From Alphaproteobacteria bacterium (lineage in GTDB: Bacteria; Pseudomonadota; Alphaproteobacteria; MPNO01), in NCBI GenBank assembly GCA_965248835.1, contig CBDFLJ010000002.1:416001-480000 (forward strand): DNA of 64,000 nt, in the 5' to 3' direction. Under the pieces are notes generated by a model. It was not told the DNA's origin. It made no database searches and worked only from the letters and a program-made list of their open reading frames with translations. Of the stretch, positions 9,834-19,627 are shown one piece after another. Position numbers and translations under genes: made by a program. How positions within the stretch are numbered: position 1 is the first letter of the stretch; the number at the start of each line of letters is the position of its first letter.

Positions 9834-11870
9834 GTGGCATTCCTGGCGGTTGATATCGGCGGCACGTTCACCGACCTGGTCGCCTTCGATCCCTTGCGCA
9901 ACCGGTCCTTCCACGCCAAGAGCCTGACGACGCCGCAGGATTTCTCGCAAGGCATCATCGATTGCATCCGCCAGAGCGACCTCGACATCGGCGCGGTCGA
10001 GGACCTGATCCACGGCACGACGGTGGCAATCAACACGCTCATCGAACGGACCGGCGCGAAGACGGCGCTGCTCGTCACCCGCGGGACGCGCGACGTCTAC
10101 ATCATCGGCCGCGGCAACAGACCGGAGTCCTACAACCTCTTCTTCCACCGGCCGCGGCCGGTGGTTTCCCGACGGATGACCTACGAGCTCGACGAGCGCG
10201 TTCAGGCCGGCGGCACGGTGTTGAGGCCGCTCGATCCGGCCCAGGTCGAAAGTTTCTGCAGCGAGATCGAAGCCGGCGGCGTGGATTCGGTCGCGGTCTG
10301 CCTGCTGCACGCCTATGCCAATCCCGACCACGAGGTCGAGGCCGGGCGAATCCTGAGAAGCCTGCTTCCCGATTGCTTCGTTTCGCTTTCGCACGAGATC
10401 CTGCGCGCCTACCGCGAGTACGAGCGCATGTCCACGACCGTGGTCAACGCCTATATCGGCCCCAGGGTGAGCGGTTACCTGGAGAACCTGCAGACCCGGC
10501 TCGAAGGGATCGGTTACCGGGGCAACATCGCCATCATGCAGTCCAACGGCGGCGTCATGTCGCCGGAGGTGGCCAAGCAGCGCCCGGCGACGATGATGGA
10601 ATCGGGGCCGGTCGGCGGCATCATCGCATCGGCCGAGATCGGCCGCGCACTGGGCTTTCCCAACGTCATCGCCTTCGACATGGGCGGCACGACCGCCAAG
10701 GCTTCGCTGATCCGTGACGGGGAGCCGACCCACGCCGAGGGCTACTATGTCGGCGGCTACGCGAGCGGCGATCCCGTGATCCTGCCGGTGGTCGATGTCG
10801 TTGAGGTCGGCGCCGGCGGAGGCAGCATCGCATGGATCGACGAAGTCGGCGCCTTGAAGGTCGGACCGCAAAGCGCCGGGGCCGAACCCGGGCCGATTTG
10901 CTACCGACGCGGCGGCACCTTGCCGACGATCACCGACGCGAACGTCATCCTCCGCCGGATCGGCGCCGACGAGTTCCTCGGCGGTCAGATGCGGCTCGAC
11001 GAGGACGGCGCGCAAAGCGGCGTCGAGGAGCATCTATCCGGCCGCCTCGGGATGTCGGTGCTCGCGATCGCCGATGCGATCGTCAGGATCGCGGTCAACA
11101 AGATGTCGCTCGCCGTGCGCGAGGTCTCCGTGGCCAAGGGCTACGACCCGCGGGATTTCGCGATAGTCGCATCCGGCGGCGCGGGGCCGCTGCACGCGGT
11201 CGCGATCGCCCGGGAACTGTACATCCCGACGGTGATCGTGCCGCGCCTCCCGGCTTATTTTTCGGCGCTCGGAATGCTAATGGCCGACGAGCGGCACGAC
11301 ATCACACGGACGTATCTGGGCGCGCTCACCGCCGTCGAGGCGGCGGATCTGGTGCGCATCCACGGCGAGATGGTGGCCGAAGCGCAGGCGTTGCTGCGCG
11401 CGGCCGGGGATGTCGAACAATTGTGCTATCTCGATCTTCGCTATGTCGGACAGGAGTTCTCGATCTCGGTGCCCGTCGACCTGGCGATGCTCGAAGCAGG
11501 GCAGTTCGACGCCATCCGGGCCCGGTTCGACGACCTGCACGAGCACCGCTACGCCCATCACGCCGCCGACGAGCCGGTGGAGATGGTCAACATGCGGCTC
11601 GCCGTCGTCGGCCGCCGCCCCAAGCTCGGCCTGCCGCCGCTGACCGAGCCCGAAGGACGGGCCGAAGCGATGCACCGGCCGGTCTACATGGACGACTGGC
11701 AGACGCCGGTCGACTGCCCGGTCCACCCTCGCGACGGGCTGGTGGCGGGCATGGAGATCGGCGGCCCGGCCCTGATCCAGGAGCACGCCTCGACGACGGT
11801 GCTGTCCGCGGGCGACCGCTGCCGCGTCGCCGGAACCGGCGAGTTGATCATTTCGGTGGGGACACAGTAA
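9834..11870 (+). CDS. Hydantoinase A/oxoprolinase ATP-binding subunit
   Basis: DIGGTFTD, HGTT, SGPVGG, DMGGTT, GAGGGS, GPQSAGAEPGP; GTG start after GGAG. Confidence 0.93.
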   Translation: MAFLAVDIGGTFTDLVAFDPLRNRSFHAKSLTTPQDFSQGIIDCIRQSDLDIGAVEDLIHGTTVAINTLIERTGAKTALLVTRGTRDVYIIGRGNRPESYNLFFHRPRPVVSRRMTYELDERVQAGGTVLRPLDPAQVESFCSEIEAGGVDSVAVCLLHAYANPDHEVEAGRILRSLLPDCFVSLSHEILRAYREYERMSTTVVNAYIGPRVSGYLENLQTRLEGIGYRGNIAIMQSNGGVMSPEVAKQRPATMMESGPVGGIIASAEIGRALGFPNVIAFDMGGTTAKASLIRDGEPTHAEGYYVGGYASGDPVILPVVDVVEVGAGGGSIAWIDEVGALKVGPQSAGAEPGPICYRRGGTLPTITDANVILRRIGADEFLGGQMRLDEDGAQSGVEEHLSGRLGMSVLAIADAIVRIAVNKMSLAVREVSVAKGYDPRDFAIVASGGAGPLHAVAIARELYIPTVIVPRLPAYFSALGMLMADERHDITRTYLGALTAVEAADLVRIHGEMVAEAQALLRAAGDVEQLCYLDLRYVGQEFSISVPVDLAMLEAGQFDAIRARFDDLHEHRYAHHAADEPVEMVNMRLAVVGRRPKLGLPPLTEPEGRAEAMHRPVYMDDWQTPVDCPVHPRDGLVAGMEIGGPALIQEHASTTVLSAGDRCRVAGTGELIISVGTQ

Positions 11871-13630
11871 TGAACCAGGCTCCAGACCCCGTGACGCTCG
11901 AGGTCGTTCGCAACGCCTTTCCGGCGATCGCCAACGAGATGGCGGTCGACCTGCAGCGCACCTCCTACAACATGATGATCTACGAGGTCCGCGACTTCTG
12001 CACCGCGATCGTCGACGTCGACGGACGGCTGGTCAGCCAGAACGTCGGCGGCGTATCCCATTTCGTCTCCGATCTCGGCGTCATCATCACCGACGCCGTG
12101 AAACGCTACGGCAAGGACGGTTTTGCGCCCGGCGACGTCGTGATCACCAACCATCAGGCGGTCGCGGGCCAGCATCTCAACAACATCGTCGTCTACGTGC
12201 CCTATTTTTTCGCCGGCGCGCTGACCTTCTTCACCATGGTGCGGGCGCACTGGATCGATGTCGGCGGCCGCAGCACCGGCTTCGGCGGCGGCCCCGAGGT
12301 CCTCGATCCCTGGCTCGAGGGTCTGCAGCTCGACCAGCTCAAGATCTACGACGCCGGCACGCTCAACGATGCGCTCAACCGGGTGATCAGCGACAACATT
12401 CGCTTCCCGGAATCCTCGATGGGCGACCTGCGCGCCCAGATCGCGGCCTGCCGGCTCGCAACGCGAAGGCTCGACGAGCTATTCGAGAAATACGGTGCGG
12501 CCACGGTTCTCGGCGCGCTGGAGCGGATCTTCGACGAGACCGAGGCCAAATGCCGCAACGTGGTCGCCGGGATCCAGGACGGCGTCTACGAGACCGAGAC
12601 CTTCTTCGACCATGACATGGTCGTGAAGGACGAAAGGCTTCGGATCCACGCCCGCGTGACGGTCGACGGCGAGCGGATGACCATCGACCTGTCCGGCTGC
12701 GCCGGAGAGCGCCGGTCGGCGGTCAATGCGCGGACTTATGCCGCGGCCTATGTTGCCTACAAGGCGCTGACCGCGCCCATCGAGCCGGTCAACGAAGGCT
12801 CGTTCCGCGCGCTCGAGGTGATCATTCCCGAAGGCAATATCATGATGGCGCGTTTTCCTGCGCCGATGGCCAGTTGGAGTCTGATCATCCCCTCGGTGGT
12901 CGATGCCATCGTCGCCGCGCTGGCGCCGGCAATGCCCGACCGGGTGCCCGCCGCCCATCACGGTCTTCTCGGCGGCGCGGTGGTGTTCTTCGGCCGCCAC
13001 CCCGACAACGGCCGCAACTTCGTCGTCCAGAGCATCGAAGGCGGCGGCTGGGGCGGGCGCCCGAGCGAGGACGGGGAATCGGGGACGGTCTCGGTCTGCC
13101 AAGGCGATGTCCGCAACGCCACCATCGAGGGGATCGAGCTCAAATGTCCGGTCCTGGTCGAACAGCGCGCGCTGCGCGCGGATTCCGGCGGGCCCGGCCG
13201 GTTCCGCGGCGGCCTGGGGATCGACATGAACGTCGTCAACCTGGTCGACGGGCGGTGGAACTTCCAGGGAAGCCTGCGCAAGACCGCGCCGCCATGGGGG
13301 CTGTGGGGCGGCGGCAACGGCGAATCCCACACCTTCCTGCTCAAGGAGCCGGAGGACACCGCGTTCCGCGAGATGCAGGCGCACGGCTATCCCGTGCCGC
13401 CGCGTTCGGAAGTGGTGGTGCGCACCGGCGGCGGCGGCGGTTGGGGCGACCCGCTGGACCGCGATCCGCAAAGGGTCGCAACCGATGTCGCCGAAGGCTA
13501 TGTCTCGCTGGCCGCGGCCGAGCGCGACTACGGCGTTGTCCTCGATGCGGCCACCTTGGCGGTCGACCCCCAAGCGACTTCCGATCTGCGCCGCTCACGT
13601 CGAAGCCAAGAGCGCCACCCCCAGGGATGA
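11870..13630 (+). CDS. Hydantoinase B/oxoprolinase catalytic subunit
   Basis: HLNN, AHWIDVGG, DSGGPGRFRGG, TGGGGGWGDP; TAATG overlap with the A subunit. Confidence 0.93.
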   Translation: MNQAPDPVTLEVVRNAFPAIANEMAVDLQRTSYNMMIYEVRDFCTAIVDVDGRLVSQNVGGVSHFVSDLGVIITDAVKRYGKDGFAPGDVVITNHQAVAGQHLNNIVVYVPYFFAGALTFFTMVRAHWIDVGGRSTGFGGGPEVLDPWLEGLQLDQLKIYDAGTLNDALNRVISDNIRFPESSMGDLRAQIAACRLATRRLDELFEKYGAATVLGALERIFDETEAKCRNVVAGIQDGVYETETFFDHDMVVKDERLRIHARVTVDGERMTIDLSGCAGERRSAVNARTYAAAYVAYKALTAPIEPVNEGSFRALEVIIPEGNIMMARFPAPMASWSLIIPSVVDAIVAALAPAMPDRVPAAHHGLLGGAVVFFGRHPDNGRNFVVQSIEGGGWGGRPSEDGESGTVSVCQGDVRNATIEGIELKCPVLVEQRALRADSGGPGRFRGGLGIDMNVVNLVDGRWNFQGSLRKTAPPWGLWGGGNGESHTFLLKEPEDTAFREMQAHGYPVPPRSEVVVRTGGGGGWGDPLDRDPQRVATDVAEGYVSLAAAERDYGVVLDAATLAVDPQATSDLRRSRRSQERHPQG

Positions 13631-13834
13631 CCACGTTCAGACGGTGTGAGACGCAGACCCTGAGCCGGCGGCCGGCGTCTCCGAGGCTGTGGCTGATAAC
13701 GGACGGCTCGGAGCAGACCCCCCATTGATTGTCAGCTACGGGACGCGGACTGGAGCTTGACAAACGACCGCGATAAGGGACAAAGACCGCAATCCGATCC
13801 GCCCTTCCGCCGCCTGCGGAGCCCTTCGCGTTCC

Positions 13835-14602
13835 ATGAAAGCCGATCATGCCCTGCCAGACCCGGCCGACGACTGGGCGCTGTTTCTCGATGTCGACGGC
13901 ACGTTGCTCGAAATCGTCGACGCGCCCGATTCGGTCAGGGTGGAGGGGCGTCTGCTGTCGATTCTGTCGGCGCTTTCCGGCCGGTTCGGCGGCGCCCTGG
14001 CGCTGGTGAGCGGCCGGCCGTTGGAGACACTGGACCGGGTCTTCGCGCCGCTGAAGCTGACCGCCGCCGGGCTGCACGGGCTGGAGCGGCGCGACCAGGC
14101 CGGCAGGATCCACCGCGCGCCGTTCGACCGGACCGGCATCGCCGAGGCGCGCAATGCGCTTTCGGTCTTCGTTGCCGCCGACCGGAGGCTGATGATCGAG
14201 GACAAGGGTGCGAGCATTGCGCTCCACTACCGCGGTGCGCCGGAGCGCGGGCCGCAATGCGACCGGTTCGTCGCCGACCTGGCCGGCCGGCTTGCCTCCG
14301 GCTTCGTCCTGCAGCGCGGCAAGATGGTGGTGGAAATCCGTCCCCGCGGGCCGGACAAGGGCGATGTCGTGACCGCGTTCTGCGCCGAGGCGCCGTTTTC
14401 CGGCCGGCGCCCGGTTTTCATCGGCGATGACGTCACCGACGAGGACGCGTTTCGCATCGTCAACCGGGCCGGCGGACATTCCATCCGGGTCGGCGCGCCG
14501 GAGCCGAGCGAGGCGTCCTGGCACGTGGCCAGCGTGGGCGCGCTGCGCGGCTGGCTCGCCGACATCGCTGGGCTGGAATGCCGCGCGCCGAGCCCGACAT
14601 GA
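13835..14602 (+). CDS. otsB: Trehalose-6-phosphate phosphatase
   Basis: HAD motifs DVDGTL, SGR, DKG, IGDDVTDEDAF. Confidence 0.93.
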   Translation: MKADHALPDPADDWALFLDVDGTLLEIVDAPDSVRVEGRLLSILSALSGRFGGALALVSGRPLETLDRVFAPLKLTAAGLHGLERRDQAGRIHRAPFDRTGIAEARNALSVFVAADRRLMIEDKGASIALHYRGAPERGPQCDRFVADLAGRLASGFVLQRGKMVVEIRPRGPDKGDVVTAFCAEAPFSGRRPVFIGDDVTDEDAFRIVNRAGGHSIRVGAPEPSEASWHVASVGALRGWLADIAGLECRAPSPT

Positions 14603-14627
14603 CCGGCGATCACCGGGGCGCAGGGAC

Positions 14628-16406
14628 GTGAGCACACTCGATCTCGCCGTCATCGGCAATTGCAGCTTCAGCGCGCTCATCGACCGCGAAGCGCGTATCG
14701 TGTGGTCTTGCGTGCCGCGCTTCGACGGCGATCCGGTGTTCTGCTCGTTGCTCGACGGGGCCGACGGGATCGGCCATTTCGACATCGTGCTGGAGGATTT
14801 CGCGCGCTCGGAGCAGCACTATTTGCACAACACCGCGCTGCTGACGACGACGCTGTACGACACCCACGGCTCGGCGGTGGAGATCACCGACTTCGCGCCC
14901 CGGTTCAAGCAGTTCGGCCGGGTCTACCGGCCGGTGATGATCGTCCGCCAGCTCCGCCCGGTGATCGGCAACCCGCGGATCCGCATCCGCGTGCGGCCGG
15001 CCGCCGATTACGGCAGCCGGCGCCCCGAGGTGACCCACGGCAGCAACCACATCCGCTACATCCTGCCCGCGGCGACGCTGCGGCTGACCACCAATGTGCC
15101 GATTTCCTTCCTCTTGGAGGAGGTGCCTTTCGTGCTGGAGGAAAGCTGCACCTTGCTGCTCGGGCCGGACGAGACTCTGGACCGGCCGATCGCCGAGGCC
15201 GGCCGGACTTTCCGCGAGGAGACCGCGGCCTATTGGCGCGAATGGACCCGGTTCCTGTCTCTGCCCTTCGAATGGCAGGCCGAGGTCATCCGGGCGGCCA
15301 TCACGCTGAAGCTGTGCAGCTTCGAGGAGACCGGCGCGATCATCGCCGCGATGACCACCTCGATCCCCGAGGCGCCGGACAGCGGTCGCAACTGGGACTA
15401 CCGCTATTGCTGGCTGCGCGATGCCTATTTCGTCGTCCATGCGCTGAACCGCTTGGGCGCGACCCGGACGATGGAAGAGTTCCTCCGCTACATCAACAAC
15501 GTGGCCGCCTCGGCCGACAACGGACACCTGCAGCCGGTCTACAGCATCACCCTGGGCGCCAGGCTGATCGAGCGAAACCAGACGGTGTTGGTCGGCTATC
15601 GCGGCATGGGACCGGTCCGGGTCGGCAACCAGGCCTATGAGCATCTGCAGAACGACGTCTACGGCAGCGTGATCCTCGCCGCCGCCCAGATATTCTTCGA
15701 CCAGCGCCTCGACCAGCCCGGCAACGTGCGGATCTTCGAGCGCCTCGAGGCGATCGGCGAGCAGGCGGTTCAGGTCCACGACCAACCCGACGCCGGGCTT
15801 TGGGAGTTCCGCTCGATCTCCAAGGTGCACACGTTCTCTGCGGTGATGTGCTGGGCGGCCTGTGACCGGCTGGCGCGCATCGCCGCCAGGCTGGGTCTGG
15901 ATGCGCGCGTCGGGTATTGGCGCAGCCACGCCGACGGGATGCATGCGATGATCTGCCGGAGCGCCTGGAACGCCGAGCTGAACACCTTCGTGGAGAGTTT
16001 CGGCGGCCGCGACGTCGATGCGAGCCTGCTGCTGCTCAACGAACTGGGCTTCGTCGACGGATCCGACCCCCGGTTCATCGGCACGGTCGAAGCGATCGAA
16101 TCGACGCTGCGCGAAGGCGACTACCTGTTCCGCTACCGCACGGAAGACGATTTCGGGCTGCCGAAGACCTCCTTCACGATCTGCACGTTCTGGTACATTG
16201 ATGCGCTTGCGGCGATCGGGCGGCGCGAGGAAGCTCGGCGCTTGTTCGAAAACATCCTGTCCTGCCGCAACCATGTCGGGTTACTATCGGAGGATCTGGA
16301 TCCCAACACCCGGGAACTGTGGGGTAATTTCCCCCAAACCTACTCGATGGTCGGCATGATCTCCTCTGCAATGCGGTTGAGCAAACCCTGGGAGGAGGCG
16401 TTTTGA
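14628..16406 (+). CDS. GH15 glycoside hydrolase (trehalase/glucoamylase type)
   Basis: TTSIPEA...RNWDYRYCWLRDA, GLWEFR, GLLSED, WGNFPQTYS. Confidence 0.93.
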   Translation: MSTLDLAVIGNCSFSALIDREARIVWSCVPRFDGDPVFCSLLDGADGIGHFDIVLEDFARSEQHYLHNTALLTTTLYDTHGSAVEITDFAPRFKQFGRVYRPVMIVRQLRPVIGNPRIRIRVRPAADYGSRRPEVTHGSNHIRYILPAATLRLTTNVPISFLLEEVPFVLEESCTLLLGPDETLDRPIAEAGRTFREETAAYWREWTRFLSLPFEWQAEVIRAAITLKLCSFEETGAIIAAMTTSIPEAPDSGRNWDYRYCWLRDAYFVVHALNRLGATRTMEEFLRYINNVAASADNGHLQPVYSITLGARLIERNQTVLVGYRGMGPVRVGNQAYEHLQNDVYGSVILAAAQIFFDQRLDQPGNVRIFERLEAIGEQAVQVHDQPDAGLWEFRSISKVHTFSAVMCWAACDRLARIAARLGLDARVGYWRSHADGMHAMICRSAWNAELNTFVESFGGRDVDASLLLLNELGFVDGSDPRFIGTVEAIESTLREGDYLFRYRTEDDFGLPKTSFTICTFWYIDALAAIGRREEARRLFENILSCRNHVGLLSEDLDPNTRELWGNFPQTYSMVGMISSAMRLSKPWEEAF

Positions 16407-17800
16407 GCCGCCTGGTCGTCGTTTCCAACCGCGTCGCCCCGATCGTCGAGGGCAAGGCCGCCGCGGGGGGGCTGGCGGTCGCCGTCCTGGCCGCGCTCAA
16501 GGAAGACGGCGGGATCTGGTTCGGCTGGGACGGCCAAGTGGTCAACACCGCTCCGCCCAAACCCCACCTGACCCAGATCGACAAGCTGACCTATGCCACC
16601 ATCGGCATGACAAGGCGCGACTACAACGAGTACTACAACGGCTTCGCCAACGCGACTTTGTGGCCGCTGTTCCACTACCGCCTCGATCTGGCCAAGTTCT
16701 CGCGGCGCAACTTCGACGGCTATCTGCGGGTCAACGCGAACTTCGCCAAGGCGCTCTACCCGCTGCTCAGGATCGATGACATCGTCTGGGTCCATGACTA
16801 TCACCTGATCCCGATGGGCCAGGAGCTGCGGCGCCTGGGCTGCCGCCAACCGCTCGGCTTTTTCCTGCACACGCCGCTGCCGGCGTTGGAGATCCTGCTG
16901 GCGCTGCCGCGGCATGAAAAGCTCATCCGCGCGCTTTGCGCCTACGACCTGATCGGCTTCCAGACGATGAACGACCTGGCGGCGTTCCATGACTACATCG
17001 TGCTCGAGGCCGAAGGCGAGGTGCTGGATAACGGCCTGGTCCGCGCCTTCGGGCGCACGCTGCGCACCGAGGTCTTCCCCATCGGCATCGATACCGCGGA
17101 GATCGAGGCGCTCGCCCGGGAGGCCGACCACAACGAGGAGCGGGGCCGTCTGATGACCACGCTCCAGGGCCGCTCGATGATCATCGGCGTGGACCGGCTC
17201 GATTACAGCAAGGGACTCGTCGAGCGCTTCCGTGCCTTCGAGCGCATGCTGGAGGTCTACCCCAAGGAGTGCGGCGCGGTCACGCTGATGCAGGTCGCTC
17301 CGCCGTCGCGGTCCGATGTCGGCGGCTACGACGAGATCCGTCAGGAGCTGGAGACCACTTCGGGCAACATCAACGGCCGGTTCGCCGATTTCGACTGGGT
17401 GCCGATTCGCTACCTCAACAAGAGCTTCGAGAGATCCCAGCTCGCTTGCTTCTACCGCGAAAGCCGGATCGGCATGGTCACGCCGCTGCGCGACGGGATG
17501 AACCTGGTCGCCAAGGAATATGTCGCCGCGCAGCGGGCCGACGATCCCGGTGTCCTGGTGCTGTCGCGGTTCGCCGGCGCATCCCATGAGCTCGACAGCG
17601 CGCTGATCGTCAACCCCTATGACGTCGACGAGGTGGCGAACGCCCTGTATCAGGCGCTCAAGATGCCGCTCGAAGAGCGCCAGAGGCGGCATATGACGAT
17701 GCTGAGCCGGCTGCGCCGGAACGACGTCCATCACTGGCGCAGGGAATTCCTTGCCGCGTTCGCTAACGCCCCGCGCGAGCAACCCGCGCAAGCCTCCTGA
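16403..17800 (+). CDS. otsA: Trehalose-6-phosphate synthase (GT20)
   Basis: VVSNR, GGLA, WVHDYHL, VDRLDYSKG, RDGMNLVAKEY. Confidence 0.96.
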   Translation: MSRLVVVSNRVAPIVEGKAAAGGLAVAVLAALKEDGGIWFGWDGQVVNTAPPKPHLTQIDKLTYATIGMTRRDYNEYYNGFANATLWPLFHYRLDLAKFSRRNFDGYLRVNANFAKALYPLLRIDDIVWVHDYHLIPMGQELRRLGCRQPLGFFLHTPLPALEILLALPRHEKLIRALCAYDLIGFQTMNDLAAFHDYIVLEAEGEVLDNGLVRAFGRTLRTEVFPIGIDTAEIEALAREADHNEERGRLMTTLQGRSMIIGVDRLDYSKGLVERFRAFERMLEVYPKECGAVTLMQVAPPSRSDVGGYDEIRQELETTSGNINGRFADFDWVPIRYLNKSFERSQLACFYRESRIGMVTPLRDGMNLVAKEYVAAQRADDPGVLVLSRFAGASHELDSALIVNPYDVDEVANALYQALKMPLEERQRRHMTMLSRLRRNDVHHWRREFLAAFANAPREQPAQAS

Positions 17801-17808
17801 TACGGCGC

Positions 17809-18777
17809 ATGCGGGCGTCCAAGCCGGTCCCCGGCCTTATCGGCGATGTCGGCGGTACCAACGCCCGCTTCGCCCTTGTCGAAGGCGCGGGCGAGCCCGA
17901 CCGAGCGCTGGTGCTGTCCTGCGCGGCGTTCCCGAGTCTCGAGGCGGCGATCACCGCCTATCTCGAGCGCACCGCGCCGCCGGCCGCCCCGAAGGACGCC
18001 GTGATCGCCATCGCTTCGCCGGTCGACGGCGACCGGGTCCGCATGACCAATCACCCCTGGACGTTCTCGATCGCCGAGACCCGCGCCAGGCTGGGGCTGG
18101 AGACCCTCAGGGTTGTCAACGATTTTACCGCGCTGGCGCTCGGCGTGCCTCGCCTGGCTGCGGGCGACAAGCGGGCGATCGGCGGCGGGCGGCCGCAGCC
18201 CGGCGCGCCGATCGCCGTCCTGGGCCCGGGCACGGGGCTCGGTGTGTCGGGCCTGGTGCCCACCGACGGCGGCGGCTGGATGCCGCTTGCCACTGAGGGC
18301 GGCCACGCCACGCTGGCGGCGGTGAACGCGCGCGAGTACGCGGTCGTCGCCGCGCTCGCCCGACGCTACGGCCATGTCTCGATCGAGCGCGCGGTCTCCG
18401 GCGCCGGGCTCGTCAACCTCGCCCGCGCGATCGCCGAGATCGATGGCAAGCCGGCGCCGTCCGGGGATCCGGCGGCGATCACCGCGGCGGCGCGCCCCGA
18501 TCCGGTCGCCACCGAGGCGCTGGAAATGTTCGCGGCCATGCTGGGGACCGCGGCCTCCAACCTTGCCCTCAGCCTCGGGGCGCGCGGTGGAGTCTATATC
18601 GGCGGCGGCATCGTGCCGCGCCTGGGACCGGCGTTTCCGGGCCGGACGTTCCGCGCCCGGTTCGAGGACAAGGGCCGGTTCCGCGACTACCTGGCTGCGA
18701 TTCCCACCTACGTCATCACGCGGCCGGAGCCGGCGCTGCTCGGCCTGGCCACGCTGGCCGCTATGCCTGGAAGGTGA
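17809..18777 (+). CDS. glk: Glucokinase
   Basis: GDVGGTNARF, VNDF, GPGTGLG, TEGGH, FEDKGRF. Confidence 0.95.
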   Translation: MRASKPVPGLIGDVGGTNARFALVEGAGEPDRALVLSCAAFPSLEAAITAYLERTAPPAAPKDAVIAIASPVDGDRVRMTNHPWTFSIAETRARLGLETLRVVNDFTALALGVPRLAAGDKRAIGGGRPQPGAPIAVLGPGTGLGVSGLVPTDGGGWMPLATEGGHATLAAVNAREYAVVAALARRYGHVSIERAVSGAGLVNLARAIAEIDGKPAPSGDPAAITAAARPDPVATEALEMFAAMLGTAASNLALSLGARGGVYIGGGIVPRLGPAFPGRTFRARFEDKGRFRDYLAAIPTYVITRPEPALLGLATLAAMPGR

Positions 18778-19627
18778 CCTCCGCCGATTGGGCGATCTTG
18801 CCGGCCAACGAAACCGCCCAGAGCTTCGCGGTCCCCGGCTCCGGGCCCGGTGCGCCGGCAAGCGTGAAGGATGCGGTGTCGTAGAGCGGCGAAAGCGCCC
18901 GGACCGCGAAGGTCTCGAGCTCGGCCGTCGGCTGCGCGCGGCGGAACAGGTCGAGCAGCAGCGTCGCGATCAGGTTGCCATGAACCAGGAGCCCCGGATA
19001 GCCCTCCATGCCGGTAACATAGTCGCGGTCATAGTGGATCCGGTGGCTGTTCATTGTCAGCGCCGAATAGCGGAACAGCAGCACCGGGTCCGGCCGGATC
19101 TCGCGCCGCCAGACCGCCTCGGCCGGCGGCGTGTCGGCGCGCGGCGGCGCGGTCGTGCTGCCGGCGGGCGCTGCGCCCCGATAGACGGTGTTGTGGTGCT
19201 CCACCGTCGCCAGTCCTTCGGGGCCGAAGATCTCGTGCCGGATGGTGACGAAGCACAGCGGCCCGGCCCGGCCCTCTTTGGCGACCACGTCGGCGATGGT
19301 CGAGACGCGCCGCACCGCCTGTCCGACCCGCAACGGCCGTTCGAAGGACATCTCGACACCGGCCCACATCCGGCGCGGCAGGGGCACCGCCGGCATGAAG
19401 CCGCCCTTGGCCGCATGGCCGTCCGGGCCGGTCTCGGAAAGCTTCACCACCTCCGGGAAATAGTACCAGTGCCAACCGGGCGGGATCGCATCGCCCTTGG
19501 CGAGTGGGGGATCGTCGCGGTCGAACGTCGCGGCGAGGATGTCGGCCGGAGCGGCGGTGATCAGCCCGGTCGCGGTCTGGCTGCGGCCGATCCAGTCCTT
19601 CGCGGAATCGAGCGCCCGATCGGTCAT
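18761..19627 (-). CDS. Double hot-dog (MaoC-like) acyl-CoA hydratase, itaconyl-CoA/mesaconyl-C4-CoA hydratase type
   Basis: GPDGH..KGGFMP, RRMWAG, LFRYSALTMNSHRIHYD, YPGLLVHG. Confidence 0.88.
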   Translation of the reverse strand: MTDRALDSAKDWIGRSQTATGLITAAPADILAATFDRDDPPLAKGDAIPPGWHWYYFPEVVKLSETGPDGHAAKGGFMPAVPLPRRMWAGVEMSFERPLRVGQAVRRVSTIADVVAKEGRAGPLCFVTIRHEIFGPEGLATVEHHNTVYRGAAPAGSTTAPPRADTPPAEAVWRREIRPDPVLLFRYSALTMNSHRIHYDRDYVTGMEGYPGLLVHGNLIATLLLDLFRRAQPTAELETFAVRALSPLYDTASFTLAGAPGPEPGTAKLWAVSLAGKIAQSAEVTFQA

